DNA of 64,000 bases from the NCBI RefSeq assembly GCF_964204645.1, contig NC_134035.1:7472451-7536450 (forward strand). Reading direction: 5' to 3'. Shown piece by piece: positions 8,667-20,900 of the stretch. This stretch comes from Tubulanus polymorphus. Taxonomy: Eukaryota > Animalia > Nemertea. Below the pieces are notes generated by a model that was given only the letters and a program-made list of their open reading frames with translations, was not told the DNA's origin and made no database searches. Positions within the stretch are counted from its first letter, which is position 1. Each line of letters opens with the position of its first letter. Position numbers and translations under genes: made by a program.

Positions 8667-10697
8667 AAGGCTGGCTTATGTCGACAAGCAACGCGACGCC
8701 TACCGACTCCTACCGACGCAACTGCGAGCAACCGCAATCGCAGCCTAGCTTATGTCGACTGCGATCCGATTCGCAGCAACTGAGGCCGACTAGCGGGATA
8801 TGAAATCCTCCCAGTTGCTTCCCTGCTTATGTCGGTTGCGATTACTAGCAACTGCAACGGTTCAAATGGTCACGTGATAAGCATTTTGAGAATAAATTTG
8901 AATTATTAGGAAATATATTTCTATTAGAAAAGCTATTTCTTTAAATCTTTGATCTTTCTGATTCTGTCATGAATACAACGTGCTAGCGACATCGATAAAG
9001 ATGGCCGCTTACATCATAATTCTACCAATTTCGTTTCTAGATCTTTGGTCCGGTCCTCTGCCTACTGTCTGTCACACCTACTCTCCGTGCGACGTTTTGG
9101 TCCGTAATTTCGTTAATAATCGGTTTATCTACCTTTATTATGCATCAATTTGTTCAGTGAGGAATTTGCATTCAGAAATAAACAACAATTTGTTTTTGTT
9201 TTCATTTATGAGCGATAGTTTACTCAGCATACGATCGCGTAATGCTGAAAAATTCGCTCCGCGGATGCTCGGAAACGTTGCAGCGACGTCATCACCTGCT
9301 CATTAGCATATCAAAATACAGTAGATGGCGCCACGTGACGGGCCATAAAAGCCGTTTTTCAGCATTACGCGAGCGTATGCTAGGTAAACTATCGCTGATA
9401 GAAGAAAACACAAACAAATTTCTGCTAGTTCACGATTTATTTCTGAATGCAAATTCCTTACTGAACAAATTGATGCATAATATTTACAGATCAACCGATT
9501 ATTAACGAAATTACGGACCAAAACGTCGCACGAAGAGCATGTGTGACAGACAGTAGTCTGAATACCAGTCGTTGTTACGGTTCTTCCGTACAACGTCTGA
9601 CGCTAAAGTATCATATAGAGGTTAACTCCTGTTAATTGCAATGCAACAACTGATTTTTGTGTCAAATCAAACCTGTGTATAAAATAAATAAATTAGTTAC
9701 CGCGTTGACTTTGAAAACGTGTTTTATAATAAAATTTTTGATGATTCAAATCGCGAACTGGAGAATTTATTGATATGATTTGAATTGAATTGATTGCCAC
9801 TATCGGGATTTCCAATACGGACTAAATTAATAAAATGTGAAAATTCAATATGTCTCTCTAAAATTACTCTAAATGTTATTTTTCGTTGATAAAACGCATA
9901 AATCTTGGTCAATTTTAACCTTAATAATTTGAAACAAGAATAATATCTGCATTGGCACCAAGTTTAAGTTCGAATCCGTAATTTACACTCCCATCATGCA
10001 CCACGAAAAGCCGCCATATTTGTTATGTTGCTTCACTTCAACTGTTTTTTGAGGCGACTAGTCAAAAGTTTTGAGCTACTACGATCGTCAAAAGCTACTT
10101 AGGATTACAAATTTATGCAAAAACAATAGTTAACTTCCATCTGATTACAGAACAGTCATTTTGAGGTAAGTTGATGGTGTTTTAAAGGGTGAAATAGACG
10201 CTCAAAGCCTCTTCCCTCAAAACGAGGGAATTAACCTTATATGAGCACTTTCGCCCTAGACGTTGTTTCAGGAACAACTGCTAGACTAGTCCTCTGCCGT
10301 GCTGAAGGTTTGGTTTACGTTTTGAACTACTTGAATTTGAAAGTTTATGACTAATTACGAATGACGCTAACTAGCGGTGATAATTTGTACTATGTATATA
10401 CGGTCTCTCATTGGCTGGAACCCCTGCGCTCAGTTCCGTCGCGTCGCAGATGAGCTTATGTCGGCTGCGATCGAAAGCAACTGCCCGCCTACCGTAGGCC
10501 GGAGTAGAACATGGGCAACTAGCCGGATACGGCTTGCGACGAGTCGGTAGGCGTCGCGTTGCCGTCGCAAGCCGGCTTATGTCGAACCCATTGAGGAGCA
10601 ACTGGCGGCCTCTCGTAGGCCGCTAGTTGCCGCTAATCGGCGATAAACCCAGTTGCGTCGGTAGGCGTCGCGTTGCTTGTCGACATAAGCCAGCCTT
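8667..10697. mobile_element. PIF/Harbinger-like non-autonomous DNA transposon
   Basis: TIR AAGGCTGGCTTATGTCGACAAGCAACGCGACGCCTACCGAC and its exact reverse complement ending at 10697; TA on both flanks; subterminal CTTATGTCG repeats. Confidence 0.8.
9062..9556. mobile_element. Palindromic MITE nested in the previous element
   Basis: CTACTGTCTGTCACAC...GTGTGACAGACAGTAG with ~190-bp imperfect arms. Confidence 0.8.
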
Positions 10698-13600
10698 TAG
10701 ACGAACGTCCTTATGTGATCGGTTTGCCGGTTGATGACGCACTTCCGATTTGGTTGACATACGTTTAAGGTCGTTTTAAAGCCAGATAGTTAGAGATTTC
10801 CTCAAATTCCGCATCAGAAATGGTGTCTTCAAGTTGGGATTGAATTTGGTTAAAAATAGTTGGTTAGTTTTTGCTGTGCCCTCTTGAAAAAATGCTCTTC
10901 ACGCCGTTTATGTGACATCACACATCACGTGTTGCTTATGACGTAGAGGGTATAGTGATCGACGGAAGTGCCATTTTTAAAATCGTTGTATCGTGGATGT
11001 TAACTTTAGAGGACCGTACGAAGTCTCTTTAAAGGTGAGTGTCAACATATATGGTGACTTAACTTAATTCCTTGTGAGTGCACAGAAGCCCTGTGAGAAT
11101 CTAGAGACGTTCGCAGCATTTAAAATTGCGCAATGGTCCACTCGACACGCAAACACACGCTGTCAGTTTGACCTACGTGACTAAATACAGCCGCCATGAA
11201 TCAGAAGCAATCCACTTCAAATTTTATGAAGTGGATATCATAATTATTATTTATCCGATATACACCAAAAAACCTTTAAGAGAAAGGTATTTGGCGTCGG
11301 ATTCTGTACCGAAAATCCCGGATTGTTACACTCCATAGTTTTTTTAGTAGGATTCTTTTAACATTTTGCCTATAAGCCATTTGATTGACACGTGGGGCGG
11401 GGCTTGCGATCTGCCGATGACATCAGATGTAAACAATAATATAACCACGTGCATCGCGCACATGTGTAAACAAACCTGGCAACAAATTAGATTTTTTGGC
11501 GCCAAAACTTTTTTGATTTTTTCTTTTGTCCAATGATTTTTCAACTGGAGCCAACTGATGCCATTAGATTGTACAATCAAGTATTCACGTTTTATAGACT
11601 CTCTCTGAAATAATTCTTGTCCAGGGGACATGTATAGAAATATCTATTGTCGTTGTTTTTGTTTTTTTTTAATTTTAGGATATAAACAGCCTAGAAGAAA
11701 CATCATCTGGCAGACGCACATTTGACTACAGATCATATCCTGTTATAAAATGTGTTTAATAAATATTTTACTCAAGTTTTCTTGCTATTAATACTTCCTG
11801 ACTACTTTTATTTTATGGTTATCTAAGTGCAAGGCAAACATTGGTGGGGTTCCTCTGGCCCTCCGAATATATAGGACCGAAAGGGGTATTTCATGCCATT
11901 TGAATTTATTTTTGCTTAGAAAATCTATTCAAGTACTTTTTGGCGGGCACATTCAAATTCTGAAGGGTAGGACTAGTCCAACCCCTAAACCCACTTGCAT
12001 TCAGTCTCATGAAAACTAACTTAAAACGTTAAAACCTTCACCGGCCTCCTACTCAATTTTTTGAATATGTAAAACTTATGGCAGACGTTATGGTTGGTTC
12101 CTCGATTTTTGAATCCCAAAGAATAATTTTTGAATTACGCAGTAGGATGACACTTGAATAGTCAGTATTCAAATTTTCCAATCAATGTGGGAGGTGTCTG
12201 GGTCTTCATGCGTTTCACAAACGAACGTCCTCTTTGAAAGTTTCTTTCTAGTTAAAATCTAATATGAAATATTGGCAGAACCAATTAAATTTGCAGTTTA
12301 TTGTGCAACAACAGGTTGTGGTTTAGATGGAATGATCATATAAATAATCATTTAAATTTCATACTTACTTTCAATTAAGGTTAATAATAGATAAATTACA
12401 GTGTGCTTTACCAGGATCTAGATATTTTAAAGAATTAGATAATAATATTAATTTATCAAAGTTTAATAAAGTTTGTAATGAATTTAATATAAATATAAAT
12501 AATTCAGAATTTCGAACGAAAATTGGAACAATAAGATCACTTCCTTGTCCTGAAAATATTGTAAAATATTGCACACTTCCCATACCATCTAATAGTTTTT
12601 ACAATATATATAATAATAAATTAGGTAATGGTAAAATAAAAAATATGGATTTAAAAACATTAAATCTTAATAAATTACCGAAATTTTATGATGATTTAAA
12701 ACAAGAAAACAATAATGGTTGGGTTTATGTTATTTTAGAAAATAGTGAAGGATTTTCCATCGTAACATTAAAATTATTAGTTTCAGTAAGTAACATAAGT
12801 ATCTAAATTGATAAATGAATTCAAAACTTCATTTCTATATGTAATATTTTTATCAAAATCTATTGCTGGAATATTATATTTAATTGATTTATTATATTGA
12901 AAAGCTTTTGGAAAACCATCTACCATTGATATAATAAAACAATTGAGAATCTATCTTCTTCTTCAATTGTGATATTACCATTTAAACTAATCATATAATC
13001 TAATGTATTTTTTAATTTATTAATTTCTTTTATATTAGATTTTATTTTTTCTTTATTACTTTTTATATTCGATTTTGAGCTTACGCCAGTCAATAACACT
13101 TAATCCTGACACACCAATTGATATAGCTAAAGGTGTTAATGGTGAAAATATTGCTAAAAATGTTATCACCGAACTAATTGTAACCGAACCACTTATAGTA
13201 AAATAATATGTAATATTAGATTTTAAATATTTTTTCTTTTTAACCCTTTAATCATTTTCAAATTCTAATATTTGTTTTTCCAAATACAATTTTAATTTAG
13301 TATTATTGATATCATGAGGAATAATATCATTATTATCAACTTTATCACCCATTTATTTAGCAAATTATTAGAACTATCAATTTTAATAAATCTAATTCCA
13401 AATTCATCAGAACCACCCATTTTCAACCGAGCTCTTCTATTAATTTCTTGCGTTAATGATTCTAAATTATATAATCCTGGTTTAAGAAATAGATGAAACC
13501 ATTTATTTTTATTATCAATATAAATTGCAAAACCTCTATGATCAATTTAGACACAACACTTAAGTGTTTGAAACCCCCTTTTTTATTAATTATTTTTATA

Positions 13601-14098
13601 CATTTCAACCGTTATATTTTATATTTCTAACACTGGAAATATATTATTATAAGTAATAGGGTAAGTGTCTTTTCATATCAGAGGTTGAGAAGGCGAGTGA
13701 GTGAAAATGAGCTCGACCTCTCGACCTCTGGTATGAAAAGACACTTACCCTATTACTTCGAGTTAATAAGTCGAATTTCTAATAAGTCGATTTCGAGTTA
13801 ATAAGTCGAACTTCGACATAATTAGTCGAAATTGTGAAAAATCCACAGTCGGAATTGTGAATTCCGTATTATTGTTCTCAAGTGGCTACTAAGTATAAGT
13901 AGACGTTTGAGCTCAAATGTGCTATAGACATGTTCTACGATTCAGCCTTGTCAATACCAATTATTTCTGATGATTAAATTCTTAAAGCATTTCGATGAGG
14001 TCATAAGATATTCATCATCAACATCATCGTCATTTTCACAATGAATATCTGACAGTTGGATGGTTTAGATGAATGAAATTCAAGTTTTGGTCTCTATA

Positions 14099-14262
14099 TA
14101 TGGCGGCTGATTCCTCTAAACGCTAAACTCATGACATTAAAAATGAGGGTGCTAAAACACAAGACCAACAAAGAAATTAACTGGCCCCTGGTTTTAATGC
14201 GGCGTTAAAGCGAACGTGTATCGAATGGCATTTGTTTAACTTGGCCAAAATCAGCCACCATA
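14099..14262. mobile_element. MITE, TATGGTGGCTGATTC family
   Basis: TATGGCGGCTGATT...AATCAGCCACCATA; same ends as 22357-22664; further degenerate copies start at 15357 and 16654. Confidence 0.65.
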
Positions 14263-14307
14263 GATATCTACGTAGTCTACATGACTTGCTTGTTTATTCT
14301 CTTTAAG

Positions 14308-17300
14308 CCTCCTCAATGCAAATCGCTTGGGTCGGATTACAAAACGGACGTTCTCGGCATTGAGTGAGGAAGGTTTCGATTACGATTTCAAAAACAATCA
14401 AATAGCACTGATCGAAACTGGTACATTTTATCACGTCAAAAAATGTTCGCGGTAGGTAAAATGAATAGCCAATCAATTTAATGTCCGTTTCACTGATCAC
14501 GTGAAGTAATTATCATAACGAAACTTTTCGGCGAGAGGCCACGAAAGACCCATCGACGCGATAGAAGTAACTTTTTAAAAAATATGGCGACGATTTTCGA
14601 ATGAAAACATGAGTTCATCAAGAATGCGTTTTCATCTTGTCAATGAATATGATGATGGCGCACCGTTCCAGGGTGATTTCCTGCATTCAGCTGTTTTGCT
14701 TCTAGACTGGTATTTGAAAACAATAAACTCACTAGAATTCCAACCTGGGAATTCGGCCATATGAACGTCGAGGAAGTGATAAGCATGGACAAAAATCAAA
14801 TATCCTACGTTCCGACGGGAGCTTTTGTCGGTCTAGCATTGGAAGGAGAAGAGTCTGTCGCTCAGTCAACGATGTAAGATATGAAAGTTCAATTTTGGCC
14901 AATGAATAAACACATGATTTTTTAAAGTCACTCTATTAATTGTTTGGATGCTTGATTGTATCAGGGAGGCACTTGAGAAAGCCCTGATCATAGTGATGAT
15001 AATTTTGTCGAAACATTTTGTAGACAATTGGAAGCTAACTGGATTTCGAGGATCGAAACTATGGCCTTCCACCGAGTGACTATAGAAAATGGGGCATTAC
15101 ATTTTGCCTCGAACCGAATCAGGTTTATCGAACCGTATGCTTTTCACACAGTTGATATTGGCGAAGTGTAAGTAAAATTGATTCTAAACATCTACAAAGA
15201 GTCCACTTAAGTCTCCATTTCTTTAGTGAGGCGTACGATATTCGTGATTTAGATCTCTATTATCGCTAATTATTTTTTCTAATTATGAATTCTATTTGAA
15301 ATATAAATTGTCTGCCTTTTTCAATCCTATAAAAATCATCCACTGCTTTACGTAGCTATGGTGGCTTATTCGGGACACACTGAACAAATATAGCACTCAT
15401 TCTCCACCAATTTTTATTTTCGCATTTTATGCTTTTCGTTTTGACGCCACGTGTAACCGGTTTTTTTGCTTTAACGCTATCTTTAGGAATACCGGTATTC
15501 ATTTTAACATGGCTTTGAAACGAAAGACCACGTTAAAACGAAACACTGGTTTTAACATAGCGTTGATGCGAAAACTGGTTCAAATTTAGCGTTAAAACGA
15601 GACGTGTAAAAAAGTGGTGTAGCTTGAATGTCATATTTTTTTTAATGCGGCCCGAGTCAGTCAATACATCTGGATCTTGACGATATGAGCCTGGATAGAG
15701 CCGTAAAGGCTGCACAATCTGCACTGTTGACATAAACGTGTTTTGGGTGAAGGGAAAATGATTCACGCGTGCGATGATCCTTAGTTTGGTGCGATATGTT
15801 CAAACAATGAACACAGTGTATACGCATTTATGAATATAATGTATCTTGTGACATACGATGCACAGGAAACTGGAAAACGTGCAACTGGAAGAAATATCGT
15901 CGCATGCATTTCACAACGTGAAAAATGGAAACATTAAACTGGACAATAACAATTTGATGGTCCTTAAACCGAAAACGTTCTCTCGGGTCAAGTGCGAATT
16001 GTAAGTTAAGAAAATACGTTTCTACTCTTATTTTTATTTGAATATGCTATCGATTTAAAACTCATTACATGTACGGACGATCGACGAGGAAACCTTTTCC
16101 AATTTTATGTAAGCTTAGCCTAAAACTCTATATTGTTCAAAGCTTCAACTCCAATTTTGTTATTACATTAGAAAATATATAAAAACATTTAAAGCAATTT
16201 TTTCCAGATCATTCAAATCCAACAATATGCATCTTATTCGGGGTCAATTCTGTGAAGGACCGTGTATATTCAATAAGTTAGATTTCAGCTTTAACAAATT
16301 CGTATCGTTTCGTCACGACACATTTATTGGAATAACCAATATAGAGACCATGTAAGTACATATTATACACGATCACCACCGTACACTGATTATAAAGATC
16401 GTAGAGCAATATAAAAATCGAATTCTCAAATATTTCTTACAATTTTTCGATCACCATTATTAGTATGACTTTCTATATTTTCTAGCGATCTCAGTCATAA
16501 CACCATATTCGATTTTCCTATTGGCCTAAGAACAACTAACGTCACGGTGATGTAAGTATAAGTCTTTGCAGTAGGTTTATATTTCATGTTAAGCGTATAT
16601 ATCAAGCTCTCACTGGTAACATGCTAAAATACCTCGTTTATGGAAACCTATAATATGGTGGGTGATTCAGAACAGAAAATCCGTTTTAAAGCCATGCTAA
16701 AACGGTTTTTTTTCCATTTTGCTACCACGTTGAAACTAATTATATGTTATAACGTGGCGTAAATAATAAAAATCAATCATTGAATTCTTGGATTCTTCGT
16801 AGAAAATCATACAACCTGAAGGTGGCATGGCGAGAAATAAAAAGATTATTTCGTTCATACGAAAAAAATCTTTCTTTTTCTTTTTCACCATGTTACCTCT
16901 GGTCCACCGTGTACAAAAACTCTATTATTTGGAAAAAGATCTATAGTGGTCAAACGTCGATATAACTTGTCTCCGGTGACTATTGCGAGATTTTTACTAG
17001 CACCGTTAGATCTATGATAAGATGTTCATTTATCAACGTTCGCCTGATGTAACACCGTCATTTGTAGACGTTTGTCGCATAACTACATCGAATATTTGCC
17101 GAAAGATGCGTTGAATGGGTTCGTAGCTTTGACCGATCTGTATCTGAATAACAACAAACTGAAGCGTATCTACAGCGATAGTTTTCTCACAACGAAAATG
17201 CTTGAAAATATGTACGTATTCTCACGCTTGTGACATTATCTTAAAAATGCCAGCATTTTGTTTCATTTTATTTTCTGTTGATTTCAGTGATCTATCAGCG

Positions 17301-17991
17301 AATTCTATTGAATACATCGAGGAGTACACTTTCAATGATAATGAAAAACTTCACAAGTTAGATTTGTCGAACAATGTATTAACTCACTTGCCCAGACTAG
17401 CCAAATGTGGCAATCAATCTCTCTTTTTCTGGTCAGAAATTGATTTATCCTTTAATAATTTATCGGTTTTCGATTTTCACCCCGACGCTCTTTGTCAGAT
17501 TTCATCGAAACAGATAAGGTCGATGTAAGTACAATTCTTCCTTATCAAGAGCACAATTTTTTCGCAGCCGTTACGGTAGATTTCTGACGGTTGAGTTCGG
17601 TTGTTCGAAGGATATTAATTATTTCATGCCAACCGTTGATTCAAATATAACGATAACCCGGAAATGCGTAGCTGGGCCGTCTTTTTTGAATCGCTTAAGA
17701 TTTAACTCTGGGTCTCTAGATTAAATTAATACAGCGTATGCAAGCGTACTATTTCTTTTTGCATCACTGAATTAAGCGATAATTGTGTTTTCGCGGAACT
17801 GTATTCGGGCAGTTTGCTTTTCAGTAAACTCACTAAAACTAAACTGCATTGCATATGCGCCACATATATGTTACTGAAACGATTTGTGAAAGCACTACGC
17901 GATGCAAAGTGCAGCATTCCGAAATCAACGGCTGGACTGCAGCTCGGCATTTCTATGATGAGAATGTCTATTGCCAAACGATTCCTATGTG
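14308..17991 (+). CDS. LRR exons of mega-TSP
   Basis: Phase-2 exons at 14308-14451, 14706-14874, 15023-15167, 15866-16000, 16208-16351, 16486-16551, 17068-17211, 17288-17524 with LxLxxNxI/L motifs ([25 protein letters not shown]); LRR-CT LHCIC at 17826-17991. Confidence 0.85.
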
Positions 17992-20900
17992 GTGAGTTCC
18001 TCTCATTTACCTTTCACTGCGAGCTGAGAATGAAAAGGTAATAACAGCCATTGTTTATATGCAGGACCCATGCATGTGGAGGCAACGTACTCGGAACCCC
18101 CGGCGATCACTGTAACCTGGGAATTGCCCTCGAGGCCTACTGCGGCACCGTTCCCCTTATGGAAAATCGCATCGCACCCACAGAATTGGTAAACTCCTTT
18201 CATATAGGAATATAAGCGAAAAAACTGCATGACATTTATTGCAGTTCGCAAACTGTTTTATATCATAATCGAACCTTACATCGTTATTTGTTTTTTCAAG
18301 GTTATTTAAAGTAACATGCAGGCCACTGGGCACTAAAGGTACGACGATAAAGTGGGTGCAACCTATTATATCACCAGCTGAATATTTCAACTCTAATTCA
18401 ACTGCTGAGAACGTCACCGATCAGTTCAGTAAGTCCGATTTACTTTCATGGAGGAATGGTTTGATCTCAACAATTTGGCTTGAATCTTGTCAACACCGGC
18501 TGTGAGCCATGAGCTCCGAATAGCCCTAGGCGTGGCTGGCTTTTGTTAGGTGGAATCTCCGAATCTTTCCAACATAGAATGGAATTAATCCAGACCGTGG
18601 ATCTTACGAATATTCATTTCAAAGAAGAGGACTGGATCTAGCATCTGCAAGGCACAGCCAAATGAACTGAGTGGATAATGGGGTACCCGCAACGCTTCCG
18701 CAAGGATTCCATGTATGGCAGGCGATGATCCGCCAAGATTAGCTACGTAGTAGATAGTGGGTCTTCCGCGTTTGATTTCTTCTACATTTCGATCAAAACC
18801 GAATGAACTTTTCTCTTGAATCAATTATCAATGACAACTATACCGATGCGGTATGACCGATGAATTTAATATATATTTGGTGGATGCTCTGATAATATAC
18901 GGATTTGGGAGTCTAAAAATCGAAACGAAAGACTGATTGTTCGTCGTGCATTGGGTGGGATAGGGCTTGCTGGTGCCGTGGGTTTCCATTTTTTGTTATA
19001 CGATAGAAAATAATGCAACGTACTTACATCATGATACACGTTTCCTTTCTTTTTCAGTGTTGGAGCATTCGTTCCGTGGAGATGAAGTTGATCTATTTTT
19101 TAACGATGTTTATAGCTGTAAGGTTTATGTCAGGGGTGCCACTCTAGTCAGTCATCAGTCTTTCGTAGTTACTCCGATATTCAAAGCCCAAACGCCCGGA
19201 ATGACTAGTACGTATAAAGTGAGATATATTATTCTAAAAAGAGAATATCCACAAACGTCAAAATATGGCAATATTTCATCTTTTGTCTAGATCAAACAGA
19301 CGCCGTATCCACAACGATTGATCCAAATTCTCCGTTGAATTTGATGGCAGCATTTTATGATTTTAGGTAAAATCGGTTCTCTTCCAACCTTTCATCATTC
19401 GCATATCTATGTCCCCTTCCTCACTCCCCTCTCTTCCCTATCTCGTTTTCTACCTCCCTATACCCTCCCATGTCCATCATTTCATCTTCTGGACCCAGCT
19501 CCACAGTTGCTGCGTTAAGATTTGACTCCGAGTTTACTCGTTGAAAATGAACTAACTCGGAGTTTCACAACTGTGGAACCAGGTCCAGTCATCTTCCATG
19601 TTCTCTCGTTTTCTCATCCTTTCTCTCACCTATCTCTTCTTGCAATCATTTTATTCAGTTCAACGGCTATACCATATATTCTTTCAGTATCATTCATCCC
19701 GACTTCTCTATGCTGATAGCGGCATCTATCAGCGAATGGAATCCGGTGTATGTTGAAAGTCCATTCGGAGCTTATCTGAACTCGACCCAGTCACCTTTAT
19801 TATTGCACGAGTGGTACACTGACAACAAAGAAAACTTCTTCAAAACAAAATATCGGGATTTCGACGAAGGATATGACAAATCAAATAGGAGATATAGTCG
19901 GTAAGTTGATCTACGCCTGGTCCCCCGTTACTACACTAGGTATGTGTAGTATCTTCAATCCTTTATCTCGATCCAACCTGTTGATTCAAACGTTCAAAGT
20001 TAGCTGGCACCGTAATCTCAATTCATTTTCTAGTTTCTGGAGGCACTTTTATTTCCCGTTGAACAATTTCGGCTACAAGACCCAAAAACAAACAGCTTGT
20101 TCCGGTAAAAGCGTTAACCTTGGGTGAGTGAAAATATCAGCCGAATTGGCTTCGTTTTCTTTTCTAACAAATCCTCTAAGAACATGAACTATGTTTTTTT
20201 CTGCAGCATGCTCGCACAACGCATGGTGAGAATATTATACTATATTCCGGGTGTACTTTCAGATTCACGACTGCGTGGCGATTAGGGTTCGTATACACTG
20301 GTCAGGGCGTAATAACTGTTTCCGGAGGAGAAGATGTTTACGTTTACATCAATAAAAAACTGGTCGTACAAGTTCACGCGACGGCTCATTGTGTCATCAT
20401 ACCATTGGACGGGAGCTACACGCGGAACGGCAAGTTATATACAGATAGAGATCTCAATCGTTAAATCAATACATAATGGATGCATTGATTTTCTTTGAAT
20501 GTTTTTTTAGGATTGGCCATGATATCCCCACTGAAAGGCGAATTGAATGAAGATCTTCCCGTGTGCCAAAAGACACAGCCGTATCCATCTTCAAATCATT
20601 CGTTGTTTGTAAGTAATTTCGACTTCCGCAACTTTACTAAGTTGTTTTCTGCCTAAAATTCTACTGGAATTACATTGTGTAAGTCGACTAGAATATTTTC
20701 TACGACTTTATGAAAACTCTAACTACGGGAATGTGTACGTACAACTTTAGTAATTGGAAAAACAGGGTTTCATACCAGAGAGCGAGAGAGCGACAAATCA
20801 CTCATCACCACTAAGTAGTATGATTTTCCAATTACTGACGTTTTTACTATGATCGACTTGTGAGGACTACGCGTATCTCAACTTATTGTCAGATCTAATT

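Larger units (their letters stand above)
8424..12750 (+). pseudogene. Decayed Maverick gene (WQxQLNFAxxCATTGCG type) split by a 3.6-kb composite insertion at 8656-12251
   Basis: Removing 8656-12251 and one TTA joins CAA TGG TTA TTA to AAA TCT AAT ATG AAA TAT TGG CAG = QWLLKSNMKYWQNQLN, followed after indels by AVYCATTGCG and FHTYFQLR...CALPG. Confidence 0.65.
5350..13757. mobile_element. Non-autonomous, fold-back Maverick/Polinton derivative (element B)
   Basis: Starts AGTAATAGGG, ends CCCTATTACT; flanked by TCGAGT at 5344-5349 and 13758-13763; 5350-5556 is the reverse complement of 13551-13757; contains decayed Maverick-like genes, no integrase or polymerase. Confidence 0.88.
5100..13868. 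mobile_element. Non-autonomous DNA transposon (YACGGAA...TTCCGTA ends, 6-bp TSD, GTCGAA-type internal repeats) split by element B
   Basis: TTATTG at 5094-5099 and 13869-13874; degenerate GTCGAAAT/TTCGAC repeats at 5131-5349 and 13758-13845. Confidence 0.7.

Noticed and set aside
8980-9593. Mirror-image ORFs sharing TVCHT...CDVLVRNFVNNR
   Set aside because: Artefact of the palindromic MITE arms.
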